A stretch of 52,595 bases of DNA. Source: Opitutia bacterium. GTDB lineage: Bacteria; Verrucomicrobiota; Verrucomicrobiia; Opitutales; Opitutaceae. Made by a program: the position numbers and the translations under genes. Positions 17,647 to 26,264 of the stretch are shown here, in pieces. The stretch spans positions 1 to 52,595 of the forward strand of contig JANYBX010000415.1 of the NCBI GenBank assembly GCA_025360615.1, read 5' to 3'. The notes under the pieces were generated by a model that saw nothing but the letters and a program-made list of their open reading frames with translations, was not told the origin of the DNA and did not search any database. Positions within the stretch are counted from its first letter, which is position 1; each line of letters starts with the position of its first letter.

Positions 17647-19113
17647 TCAATTGCTCCCGAACCGCCCGCGCTCGCGTTCCTGCGACAGGCGTTGGCGGGT
17701 CACCCGGATCCGCGCGCCGAGCAACTCGCGGTTCTCCTCGCCCTTCGCCGTGAGCTCCGTTTCCAGCTCGGCGATCCGCTTTTCGTAGGCGTCGATGCGC
17801 TCCTGCAGGGGCGTTTGCAACTGCTCCATGCGCTGCTCCAGCTCGCCCATCTCGGATTGCGCCTTTTGCTGCACGGAGAGCAGTTCCGCGCGCTGCTGGA
17901 AAAGCGTCCGAAAAATCTTGTCGCGCATCCAGCCGAGCACGCCGGAGCGGATCGCATCATGCGCGCGTTCCGCCTTGCCCTCGGCCAGCAGGGCCCGACC
18001 GCGCCAGGTCGCATCGCCCTCGCCGCCCGGCAATGCCGCTTGTGCCGGGTCCGCCCAGGCCAGCGGGAGCGAAGGCGCGGGCCGCGCGCTCAGCCGCCAG
18101 AGAATCCCCACGAGCACGAGGCACAGCAGCCCGAGACTTGCGACGATCCACTTCGTCTGCTGCGTAGTCTGTCCCGCGACGGTTTGCTCCTGCTCCAGCT
18201 TCGTTTGCAGCGTGCCGATGAGGCTTTTCTCGCGCATCGCCGCCAGCGCGCCCAGCGCCTTGCGGTCGATCGCCTGGCCTTGGCGCACGATCACCTGCGC
18301 GGCTTCGTAGGTGTCGTTCACCGTGATGCCTTCCATGCGTTTCGCCCGCAAAATCTCGGTGAGGCCGGGATCGGGGTAGGCGTTGGTACGGACGAACGAC
18401 GCGGCGAACCGGCCCAGCTGTTCCTGTCCAATTGGAAAACTCGCTTCGACCAGGCGGCGCGCGCGCCAGAGGCTGATGATTTTCCCCACCGATACGATCT
18501 GCCCGGCGTTCTCCAAGACGCGCACGTCCGGCACTTCGCCCGTAGTCTTCAGGGGAATCAACCGCAACGACTGGCCGGCGGGGAACGACGTGTCGGTTTT
18601 GCTGGCGACGATCGGCTGGGCCATCACTTCGCGCACCGGCTGGAGGAGACTTTCCACGAAAGCCACGTCGCTCGCGCCGCGCCCCCAGAGGGGCGCCAGG
18701 TTGTCGAGCGGCAGGTCCTTGGCGGACTCGCGCGCCACGTCGCGAATCGTCGTCGCGAAGGCCGGGGAGTCCAGATCGGCCTCGACGGGCGGGCGGCCGT
18801 TCAACGCGCGCTGCAGCGCCGCCAGGAAGTTCCGCCGAGCCGCCGCGATGTTTTCCCGGAGTTCCGCCTCCGCCTCGCCCGCGCTCGGCGTCGTCTGGCG
18901 AACGATGAACTGCACCTGTTGCGAAACCTTCTGTTTCAAGATTTCCGTGGCCTCGGGATTCACCACGAGCAGCCCGACCGGCGTGATCACGTCCTCCTTC
19001 GCGATGTCGCCCAGCTTGTAGTCCGGCGTCGCCGCGTGCGCGGATGGGAGCAGCCGCACGAAGGCCATGACCAGCGCGACGAGCGCGAGAGAAACGCGAC
19101 GGGGTGAACTCAC
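17647..19113 (-). CDS. single-pass membrane protein with a PgpH-type (7TMR-HDED-like) extracellular domain and a cytoplasmic coiled coil
   Basis: GTG start at 19113. Signal/anchor VSLALVALVMAFVRLLPSAHA. YKLGDIAKEDVITPV.. and ..TYEAAQVIVRQGQAIDRKALGALAAM resemble the N- and C-terminal ends of the 7TM-HD extracellular domain. One TM (WIVASLGLLCLVLVGILW) is followed by a heptad-rich tail (QERIDAYEKRIAELETEL). Confidence 0.7.
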   Translation of the reverse strand: MSSPRRVSLALVALVMAFVRLLPSAHAATPDYKLGDIAKEDVITPVGLLVVNPEATEILKQKVSQQVQFIVRQTTPSAGEAEAELRENIAAARRNFLAALQRALNGRPPVEADLDSPAFATTIRDVARESAKDLPLDNLAPLWGRGASDVAFVESLLQPVREVMAQPIVASKTDTSFPAGQSLRLIPLKTTGEVPDVRVLENAGQIVSVGKIISLWRARRLVEASFPIGQEQLGRFAASFVRTNAYPDPGLTEILRAKRMEGITVNDTYEAAQVIVRQGQAIDRKALGALAAMREKSLIGTLQTKLEQEQTVAGQTTQQTKWIVASLGLLCLVLVGILWRLSARPAPSLPLAWADPAQAALPGGEGDATWRGRALLAEGKAERAHDAIRSGVLGWMRDKIFRTLFQQRAELLSVQQKAQSEMGELEQRMEQLQTPLQERIDAYEKRIAELETELTAKGEENRELLGARIRVTRQRLSQERERGRFGSN

Positions 19114-19198
19114 GGGTTTTCAATGCGGGCGCGCCCGATTCCGGGCAAGTCGTTTTTCCCCCCGGGGTCGCCCTCGAACTTGGCTTGGGAAACGCTGC

Positions 19199-20650
19199 CT
19201 ACTGTCCCGCCGCTTTGCGCGCCTCGATAAACTCGACGAAATCGGCGCCTTCCTGCGGCGTGGCGAAATACGGAATCAGCGCCTCCATGTTCGAGTCGGG
19301 CGGACGATTTCCGCCGTGGGCCGCGCGATAGGCATCGAGCGCCTTCCGGCCCGCCGGTTCGAGGCGCCGGCTGAGTTCCGCCACCCGCGCTTCCGCCGGA
19401 GACTGCTGCGGGACAGTGGTGCTGCGGCCCTCCGGGTCGTAGGTCACCGAAACGCCGGCGGGTGTCGTGACGACCAGCGCCTGGCCCGGTAGCATCGAGA
19501 GCCCGGTGTAGTTTTCGCCGTCGATCGGAGTGATGCGCTTCACATATTTTTTCTCCCCAACGATCTCGTCGACCGACGTCGGCCACCGGCCATTCTCCAG
19601 CTTGAACTGATCGGCGGCCGCCGCGAGCTGGCGGAGATTGTTCAACATCGCCCGCTGCTGCGCGCCGATCGTCAGCGCGGGGCCGGTGCTGTGCAGCGCG
19701 GCCGGTGGCGGCGAAACAGCACGCGGCGCGGTCAACCTGGCATGGGCCGCGGCGAGCCGCAGCGCGTCGGCATTCAGTCGATCCACTTCGGCTCTCAGCG
19801 ATTGATTCGACCGCCGCAGCGATGCGATCAACTGGGAATGGGCCGGCGTTTCCACCGGGGCCAGCGGCACCGCGAGTTCGCGACTAAGACCGAAGTAGGC
19901 GCCCGCCCCCCACCCGGCGAGCGCGGCGAGGGCGACCGCGACGATGATTTTGGTGTTCATAAAAGAAAGGAGTGCGGTTGCGAGAATCCCGGCGCTCACG
20001 CCCGCGGTGGCCAACGCTTGCGACGCGAGCGCGGCCCCGAGGCCGGCCGGAGCGGAGACCAGCGGCTGACTCGAAATGATGGCGCCCAGCGCGGCGGCCG
20101 TGGACGTGATGCCGCGCCGCGCCAACCCCGCGCGCAGTTTGTCGAGCGCGCGATCCGTCCGCATTCGCGCGGCATCTTCCGAAATCGCGAGCGTCGCGCC
20201 GATCTCCGCAAACGCCCGGCGCTCGAGAAAACGCAGCACCACGGCGGCGCGATCCGCGTCCGCCAACTCATCGATCGCCGCGTCGAGCACGGGCCGGAGC
20301 TGGTCCCAGTCCGGGCTCGCTTCGCCGCCGGCGAAAGTGGGATCGAGCGCCAGCGCCTCGGCCTCGCGGGTTCTGCGACGCTGCTCGGAGATCATGAGGT
20401 TGAGCGCTGCGTTCCGCGTGGCCGTGTGAAGCCATGCACTGAGCACGGCGTGCCGGGAGAGTTTCCGCGCCTCGCGGGCCAGCGTGGTGAACACCTGCTG
20501 CGCCACCTCCGCCGCACGGTGCGAGTCGCCACCCGTGCGACGGAGCGCCGCGCCGTAAACGAGATCGACGCGACGCCGCACCAGCTCAGTGAAGGCGGTC
20601 TCGGAGCCTTCGTCGGCGTAGCGTCGGAGCAACCGGGCATCATCGTTCAT
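19199..20650 (-). CDS. ECF-type sigma-70 factor fused to TM helices and an extracytoplasmic pseudopilin-like domain
   Basis: aa 1-180 carry sigma region 2 (VDLVYGAALRRTG..VAQQVF) and region 4 (AVVLRFLERRAFAEIGATLAISEDAARMRTDRALDKLR). aa ~185-255 are hydrophobic, Ala/Gly-rich TM segments. aa ~330-405 (MLNNLRQLAAAADQFKLENGRWPTSVDEIVG..) resemble the verrucomicrobial T2SS-pseudopilin-like head domain. Confidence 0.85.
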   Translation of the reverse strand: MNDDARLLRRYADEGSETAFTELVRRRVDLVYGAALRRTGGDSHRAAEVAQQVFTTLAREARKLSRHAVLSAWLHTATRNAALNLMISEQRRRTREAEALALDPTFAGGEASPDWDQLRPVLDAAIDELADADRAAVVLRFLERRAFAEIGATLAISEDAARMRTDRALDKLRAGLARRGITSTAAALGAIISSQPLVSAPAGLGAALASQALATAGVSAGILATALLSFMNTKIIVAVALAALAGWGAGAYFGLSRELAVPLAPVETPAHSQLIASLRRSNQSLRAEVDRLNADALRLAAAHARLTAPRAVSPPPAALHSTGPALTIGAQQRAMLNNLRQLAAAADQFKLENGRWPTSVDEIVGEKKYVKRITPIDGENYTGLSMLPGQALVVTTPAGVSVTYDPEGRSTTVPQQSPAEARVAELSRRLEPAGRKALDAYRAAHGGNRPPDSNMEALIPYFATPQEGADFVEFIEARKAAGQ

Positions 20651-20716
20651 GGGTTTACTTTTCTAAACAGCGCCGAAATCCAAACCGAACAAAGAATCCG
20701 CCGCGCGCGCCTGCCG

Positions 20717-21253
20717 TCACCGCGCCGCCGGCAAGAGGCTGTAGATAAAATGATCCACGCTGCGATCCCCGAGCCACTCGGCGTTGCGCAGCGTGCTCAC
20801 GAGCGTGAAGCCCAGCCGTTTCACCACGGCCTGCCCGCGGAGATTGCCAGTCGCCACGCCCACGATCACGCGGTTGAGCCGCAACTGCGTGAACGCATGC
20901 GCGCACACCGCCTGCACGCTCTGCGTCATGATCCCCTGCCCTTGCGCCGCCGGCGCGAGCCACCAGCCGGGGAACGCGATGCGGCTCGTCCAGTCGAGGC
21001 GGTTGTGCCGGATCACGCCGACCAGCCGACCCGACGACCAGATGCCGACCGCAAACGCCTGCGACTCCGCGCGCTCGCGCAGCACTTTCGCGATGAACTT
21101 TTCCGTCTGCGCGACTTTAGTCGTCGCATCCACCCACGGCAGCCATTCGCGCAACTGCGCGCGGTTGGCGTCGATGAGCGTGAAGAGCGCCGCAGCGTGT
21201 TCCGGCTGCAACAGCCGCAGCTCCAGGCCGGGATTAATTTTGTGCAAAAGCAT
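20717..21253 (-). CDS. GNAT family N-acetyltransferase (RimJ/RimL-like)
   Basis: LELRLLQPEHAAALFTLI..NRAQLREWLPW..QGQGIMTQSVQAVCAHAF..LNRVIVGVATGNLRGQAVVKRLGF follows the RimL-like acetyltransferase pattern. ATG at 21253. Confidence 0.85.
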   Translation of the reverse strand: MLLHKINPGLELRLLQPEHAAALFTLIDANRAQLREWLPWVDATTKVAQTEKFIAKVLRERAESQAFAVGIWSSGRLVGVIRHNRLDWTSRIAFPGWWLAPAAQGQGIMTQSVQAVCAHAFTQLRLNRVIVGVATGNLRGQAVVKRLGFTLVSTLRNAEWLGDRSVDHFIYSLLPAAR

Positions 21254-21315
21254 GGGCGAGCGCCAGCGAACGAGTTTTTGGTGACTCTGCCAATCGTTCC
21301 GTTTTCTTCGCGCCC

Positions 21316-21906
21316 ATGCCGCCCGCCGCCAAACGCATCCTGCTCATCAACGGACACCCCGACCGGGAAAGTTTTAATTTCGCCCTCGCCGCCGCATACA
21401 AGGCCGGAGCCATCGGGGCGGGTTTCGACGTGCGCGAACTCGTGATTCGCGATCTTCAGTTTAACCCCAATTTGGGCGGCGGCTACCGCACGCGCACCGA
21501 GCTCGAACCCGATCTGCTGCGCGCGCAGGAATGGATCACGTGGGCCGATCATCTGGTTTGGATTTATCCCGTGTGGTGGGGCGGACTTCCCGCCCTGTTG
21601 AAAGGTTTTCTTGATCGCGTTTTTTTGCCCGGCTTTGCGTTCCGGAAACGCGAGAACTCGGTGTGGTGGGACAAACTGCTGCGCGGCAAATCCGCCCGCA
21701 TCATTTCCACTTTGGATCAACCGCCATGGTATTACTGGCTCTTCAACGGCCAGCCCAGCAACCGGGCGATGAAAAAGAATACGCTGGAATTTTGCGGCGT
21801 GTCACCCGTACGAGTCACCACCATCGGCCCGCTCCGACTGTCGAAGCCCGCCACCCGTGAAAAATGGCTGCAACACGCCGGGAACCTCGGCGCGCACGCG
21901 AGGTGA
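21316..21906 (+). CDS. flavodoxin-like fold NAD(P)H dehydrogenase (quinone) family protein
   Basis: KRILLINGHPDRESFN..DLLRAQEWITWADHLVWIYPVWWGGLPALLKGFLDRVF is typical of the Flavodoxin_2 / NQO / KefF-like family. Confidence 0.85.
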   Translation: MPPAAKRILLINGHPDRESFNFALAAAYKAGAIGAGFDVRELVIRDLQFNPNLGGGYRTRTELEPDLLRAQEWITWADHLVWIYPVWWGGLPALLKGFLDRVFLPGFAFRKRENSVWWDKLLRGKSARIISTLDQPPWYYWLFNGQPSNRAMKKNTLEFCGVSPVRVTTIGPLRLSKPATREKWLQHAGNLGAHAR

Positions 21907-22068
21907 TACCAATCGCCTCAAGTTTCGGCACGTTACCCCAAGATCGCTCTGGGCGTTTGGCCTGAACTGGCTGGCATCGCAGGTGAAAGCCACGAACACC
22001 CTCAGTCGGCCCGTGCCTCACCGGCTCGGGGCGCATCTTCTTCCCGCCCGAATCGTCCTACCGGGCGC

Positions 22069-22782
22069 ATGAAACCGTTCCGCTCGTTTCCCCTCCTCGC
22101 TCTTTTTCTTGCGCTCGTTCCGCTCGTCCCGCCCGCAAACGCGACTGATGCTCCCGCCGCCGCGCCACTCGACCAGCACACGCTGGATAAACGCACCGCC
22201 CCGATCCTCAAGGATCTCAAGCTCGGCGACGACCCTCTCGCGGCGAAAGTCCGCGCCGTCCTCGATCTCCATTTCCAAGCGCTCACGTCGTGGCACGCCG
22301 CCAACGACGCCACGCTGAATGCGCTCTGGTCCGAATGGGCCGCCGCCCGCGGCACCCCGAACAAAGACGAAGCCGCCGCCGCCAAGGTCGGCGAGAAAAT
22401 CGACGCCGTTTACGCGACCTTCCGCCCGCAACACGACGCCCTTCTCGCCGCCCTCGCCCCGCTCCTGAAGCCCGCCCAGATCGACGCCATCAAGGATACC
22501 CTCACCAAAAGCCCCGGACTCCAGCGCACCTACGAGGCCTATCTGGAAATGATCCCGCAGTTCACCGCCGCCGACAAAGCGTTCATCCGGGGAAAACTTA
22601 CCGTGGCGCGCGAGCAGGCCATGGACGCGATCACCAACAAAGAAAAGGCCGACATCTTCAAGCGACAGAAGGTTCAAGTCCAAGCCTACATCAACGCCCA
22701 CGGCTACGATTACGAAAAATCCTACGCCGCCTTCGTGGAGAAACAGAAAACATCCACCGCCAAAGCCCCGCAAAAGGACTGA
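22069..22782 (+). CDS. secreted DUF3826-like protein
   Basis: Signal peptide MKPFRSFPLLALFLALVPLVPPANA. IKDTLT..RTYEAYLEMIPQFTAADKAFIRGKLTVAREQAMDA..KEKADIFKRQKVQVQAYINAHGYD matches what I recall of DUF3826, which often sits in pectin-utilisation loci. Confidence 0.7.
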   Translation: MKPFRSFPLLALFLALVPLVPPANATDAPAAAPLDQHTLDKRTAPILKDLKLGDDPLAAKVRAVLDLHFQALTSWHAANDATLNALWSEWAAARGTPNKDEAAAAKVGEKIDAVYATFRPQHDALLAALAPLLKPAQIDAIKDTLTKSPGLQRTYEAYLEMIPQFTAADKAFIRGKLTVAREQAMDAITNKEKADIFKRQKVQVQAYINAHGYDYEKSYAAFVEKQKTSTAKAPQKD

Positions 22783-22914
22783 GCTCCCGGGTTAGATTTC
22801 AACCGGGGAGAATCATCCCGACTAACAGGGTCGAACCGGTCAGTGCCTTGCTCGCCGTAAGCGTTTTACGGATATCCTCCGCGCAAGGGAGGAGAACATC
22901 GAACTCGTCCAACT

Positions 22915-23273
22915 ATGAAAACCGAGGAAATCGCCAACCGCCTCGTCGCCTTGGGCCGCGAGGCAAAATGGAAATCGCGCAGACGGAACTATTCGCAGCC
23001 GACGCCGTAAGCATCGAGCCCTGCGAATCGCCGGGCTTCGACAAAGTGACGAAAAGTCTGCCCGCCATCGTCAAAAAAGGCCACCCGTTCGCCGCTAGGG
23101 TGGAAACGCGGCACTCGCTCTTGGTCTCCGAGCCGCTCGTGGCGGCCAGTTCGTTCGCCTGCACGATGCAGATGGATGTGACGATGAAAGGCCAGGGTCG
23201 GATAAACATGGCGGAGCTGTGCGTCTACGAGGTGAAGGACGGCAAAATCGTCTCCGAGCAATTCCACCTGTAG
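22915..23273 (+). pseudogene. SnoaL-like / NTF2-fold small protein interrupted by a 1-nt frameshift in an A-run
   Basis: ATG 22915 gives MKTEEIANRLVALGREAK, then runs to a TAA at 23008. The homologous continuation (M)EIAQTELFAADAVSIEPCESPG..CVYEVKDGKIVSEQFHL is in the -1 frame, from 22968 to 23273. One extra A in the aaaa run (22965-22968) would restore a ~119-aa protein. Alternatively only 22968..23273 is expressed. Confidence 0.6.
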
Positions 23274-23383
23274 GCGACAAGCCTCAGACCGCCCGAGGCA
23301 TGACCGAGAATTGTAGGAGCGGCTTTACGCCGCGATTCCGCCCCGCGCTCGCGTCCGGCCCGTGGAAACACCAACCTCGGGAA

Positions 23384-23743
23384 ATGAAATGCTTTTACTC
23401 CGGGACCGACGCGGTGGGGATTTGCAAATCGTGCGGACGCGGCCTCGCGCTCCCGTTTGCAACGGAGTTCCCCAAAGGCCTCGCGTGCGCGAACCGCTGT
23501 GAAGCCGACGTCGAACGATTGATTCGCGCGGGCGAGGCGGTGTCAGCCGGGTCCGGCAGCAGCGCCATCAACACCGCGGTGTCGGGCGTGTTCTCCGCGC
23601 TGGCCGGCGGCGGTTTCATTTATTTCACCGGCGGCTTTATCGAAGGACTCAGCCTGACCAACTTCATGGGCTGCGCGTTTATTCTTTTCGGCCTCTACTC
23701 CGTGACACGAGCCCTCTGGTTGTGGCGGAGCGCGAGAGCGTAG
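23384..23743 (+). CDS. small membrane protein with N-terminal Cys-rich (degenerate zinc-ribbon-like) segment
   Basis: ATG 23384. MKCFYSGTDAVGICKSCGRG..ACANRCEADV, then two Gly-rich hydrophobic helices. No function assignable. Confidence 0.5.
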   Translation: MKCFYSGTDAVGICKSCGRGLALPFATEFPKGLACANRCEADVERLIRAGEAVSAGSGSSAINTAVSGVFSALAGGGFIYFTGGFIEGLSLTNFMGCAFILFGLYSVTRALWLWRSARA

Positions 23744-23788
23744 AATCGGCGCTTTCAAGGTAACCGCTCTGCATCTTCGCTATCACTC

Positions 23789-24490
23789 ATGATGGAGATA
23801 ACCGGTCTAAACCTTTTGATCCCCGACAAGCCGGACGAGGAGCACGAGGCGCTCGCAGAGTCGTTTGCACATCGTGGTCGCATGGTTCACCGAATCGCCG
23901 TTTTTGGGATCCACCGGTTTTCGATCCAGTAACCGTGCGCGTGTAGGGTGCCGATTCGTTCTGCCTCGTGCTCCAACAGAAGCTCGGCTTCGACCTTTGC
24001 CCCCGGATGACGAATTGCTCCGGCGAGTTCCGCCCGAGTTCCTACAACGCCAACTCCGTCGGCATAAATTCCGGGAAGCGCGGCCACTGCCATTCCCCGC
24101 ATTCATCAAGCCAGTCATGCCAAAACAATTTCGCAGGCTGGTCTATCCGTCGAGCGACGCGCTCGCAGAGGAGTGTCGAGGCGTTCCACCCGACACGCCG
24201 GTTTTCGTGGCGGAACCCGTGATCCTGACTGCCGAGGTGCGGAGCTTCGTGCTGGATCAACGTGTTCTTGGTGCCGCGACCGATGAGGGCACAGCAGAAG
24301 TCTCCGAGGCGGTAAAATTTTGTAGATAGACTGACGCAAGTAGTGCTGCTTCCACGCGCTGTCGCCGCGTGGCTGGGCCGTGATAGAATTCAATGCGGCG
24401 TGGGGCGCCGGGCTCAATGGCTGCGACGCCGAGAAGGTTTTGCCCGCTATCATCACTGCGTCGGAGACATCCTCGAGAACTCGCGCGTGA
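23789..24490 (+). pseudogene. degraded ATP-grasp (R2K clade / DUF4343-like) gene with several frameshifts and an in-frame stop
   Basis: Homologous pieces lie in three frames. MMEITGLNLLIPDKPDEEHEALAESFAHRG starts at 23789. RFWDPPVFDPVTVRV*GADSFCLVLQQKLGFDL carries a TAG at 23944-23946. PDDELLRRVP..FIKPVMPKQF..EVRSFVLDQRV is in the frame of ORF 23865..24329. LPRAVAA is followed by GWAVIEFNAAWGAGLNGCDAEKVLPAII, which ends at the TGA at 24488-24490. Confidence 0.65.
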
Positions 24491-24672
24491 ACCAGACTGT
24501 GACCCACAGTTCGCCCCCCCACGCACTTAATCCACGTCACTGCTGACACCGTCGGCCAAAGGCTTCCTCTAGCCTGGCACCCCTCGCGCGAGTTCAGGCC
24601 GGATGGGCAATTCCCTCCACTGGGGAAACGTTGCACAATGAATCGCCAGCCCTCATCCACTTGCTCCGCCCC

Positions 24673-25821
24673 ATGAGCCACGTGTCGGACCTCGCGCACG
24701 ATTCTGCTTCGACGAATACCCATCTCGATTCGGCGATCCTGCGCCAGCTTATGGACGCGATCCCCGACCGGATTTATTTCAAGGATTTGGAGAGCCGTTT
24801 CGTGCGCAACAATGTCGCCCACGCGCGCTCCTTCGGCGCGACTCCCGGCGAGTGCGTGGGCAAGACCGACTTCGACTTCTTTTCCCGCGAACATGCTGAG
24901 CGCGCGGTGGCTGACGAGTTGGAGATCATTCGCTCGGGCACGCCGGTGATCGGCAAGGTCGAGCGCATCAAGATGCGCGATGGCCGGCTCGGCTGGAGTT
25001 CGACGACCAAGCTGCCGTGGCGCGACGACAGCGGCCGAATCATCGGCACCTTCGGACTCTCGCGAGACATCACGGAGATGAAGGACGCCGAGGAAAAACT
25101 CGGGGAGGAGCGCAATCTTCTCGCGCGTTCCAACGCGGAGCTGGAGCAATTCGCCTACGTGGCCTCGCACGATCTTCAGGAGCCGCTGCGCGCCGTCGCG
25201 AGTTGCGTGCAGCTCCTGCAAAAACGCTACCAGGGCAAACTCGACGAGCGCGCCGATGAGTTTATCGCGCACGCCGTCGCCGGCACGAAACGGATGCAGG
25301 CGCTGATCACCGATCTGCTGGCGTATTCACGCGTCGGCACCAAAACCCATCCCTTTGAGCAGGCGAATTGCGCGGAAGTCCTGGTGGAGGCGCTCTCCAA
25401 CTTGACGGTGGCGATCGAGGAAAGCGGGGCCGTCATCATCCCCGAAGGCTTGCCGACCGTGACGGCCGACGCCTCCCAACTTGCGCAAGTGTTTCAAAAC
25501 CTGATCGGCAACGCCCTCAAGTTCCGCGCCGAGGGCCGCCGCCCCGAAATCCGTGTCACCGCGCGGCGCGAAGCCGACGAGTGGATTTTCTCCGTCGCGG
25601 ACAACGGCATCGGCATCGAGCCGCAGTATTTCGAGCGCATCTTCCGGATGTTTCAGCGCCTGCACACGCGCTCCCGCTATCCGGGCACCGGCATCGGGCT
25701 CGCGATCTGCAAAAAAATCGTCGAGCGCCACGGCGGCCGCATCTGGCTCGAGTCGCAACCCGAGCGCAGCACCACCTTTTTCTTCACCCTCTCCTCCCAC
25801 CTTCAATCGTCCACTCCATGA
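24673..25821 (+). CDS. cytoplasmic PAS-domain sensor histidine kinase
   Basis: Start set to ATG 24673; the track start at 24631 is a TTG. PAS ([28 protein letters not shown]), then HisKA H-box [14 protein letters not shown], then HATPase ([33 protein letters not shown]). No TM segment. Confidence 0.85.
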   Translation: MSHVSDLAHDSASTNTHLDSAILRQLMDAIPDRIYFKDLESRFVRNNVAHARSFGATPGECVGKTDFDFFSREHAERAVADELEIIRSGTPVIGKVERIKMRDGRLGWSSTTKLPWRDDSGRIIGTFGLSRDITEMKDAEEKLGEERNLLARSNAELEQFAYVASHDLQEPLRAVASCVQLLQKRYQGKLDERADEFIAHAVAGTKRMQALITDLLAYSRVGTKTHPFEQANCAEVLVEALSNLTVAIEESGAVIIPEGLPTVTADASQLAQVFQNLIGNALKFRAEGRRPEIRVTARREADEWIFSVADNGIGIEPQYFERIFRMFQRLHTRSRYPGTGIGLAICKKIVERHGGRIWLESQPERSTTFFFTLSSHLQSSTP

Positions 25822-26255
25822 GCAAGACCAAACCCATTACCATCCTGATGGTCGAAGACAACGCGACCGATGTGATGATCACCAAAGAAGCCCTCGATCA
25901 CGCCAAGGTGCTCAACTCGCTGCACGTCGTCGACGACGGCATCGAGGCGCTCGATTTTCTCCACCGTCGCGGCAAACACGCCAAGGCGCCCCGCCCCGAT
26001 CTCATTCTCCTCGATCTCAACATGCCGCGCAAAAACGGCCAGGAGGTGCTCGCGGAAATCAAGGCCGACCCAAAATTGAAACACATCCCGGTCGTCATCC
26101 TCACGACCTCCAAGGCGGAGGAAGACGTGCTCAAAGCCTACGGCCTCTTCGCCAACTGCTACGTGGTCAAGCCGGTGGATTTCGACGTCTTCGCCGATGT
26201 CGTGCGCTCCATCCAGCAGTTCTGGTTCACAGTGGTCACGCTGCCGCGGGAGTGA
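25818..26255 (+). CDS. single-domain response regulator (Rcp1/CheY-like)
   Basis: The ATG at 25818 overlaps the kinase stop (ATGA at 25818-25821). [38 protein letters not shown]. Confidence 0.9.
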   Translation: MSKTKPITILMVEDNATDVMITKEALDHAKVLNSLHVVDDGIEALDFLHRRGKHAKAPRPDLILLDLNMPRKNGQEVLAEIKADPKLKHIPVVILTTSKAEEDVLKAYGLFANCYVVKPVDFDVFADVVRSIQQFWFTVVTLPRE

Positions 26256-26264
26256 CGCTTCCCC

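Noticed and set aside
17542-21445. Long + strand ORFs 17542..19107 (521 aa) and 19691..21445 (584 aa)
   Set aside because: They are antisense to the PgpH-ectodomain protein, the ECF sigma fusion and the GNAT gene, all of which carry clear motifs on the minus strand.
22960-22972. Possible programmed -1 ribosomal frameshift at GCA-AAA-TGG in the SnoaL-like gene
   Set aside because: I saw no canonical X-XXY-YYZ slippery heptamer and no obvious downstream structure. A homopolymer indel (error or mutation) is the simpler explanation.
22290-23273. 327-aa + ORF
   Set aside because: Its upstream two-thirds is an R-rich alternative frame of the DUF3826 gene. Only the part from 22968 onward (SnoaL-like) is meaningful.
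23312-23338. REP-like sequence tgtaggagcggctttacgccgcgattc (short GCGGC/GCCGC stem)
   Set aside because: It resembles REP elements of other bacteria, but I found only this one copy in the window. It cannot be called a repeat family from here.
24115-25272. 385-aa minus-strand ORF
   Set aside because: It is antisense to the PAS histidine kinase and the ATP-grasp remnant and has no domain features. Likewise 25803..27683(-), at 626 aa, is antisense to the RR and hybrid HK genes.
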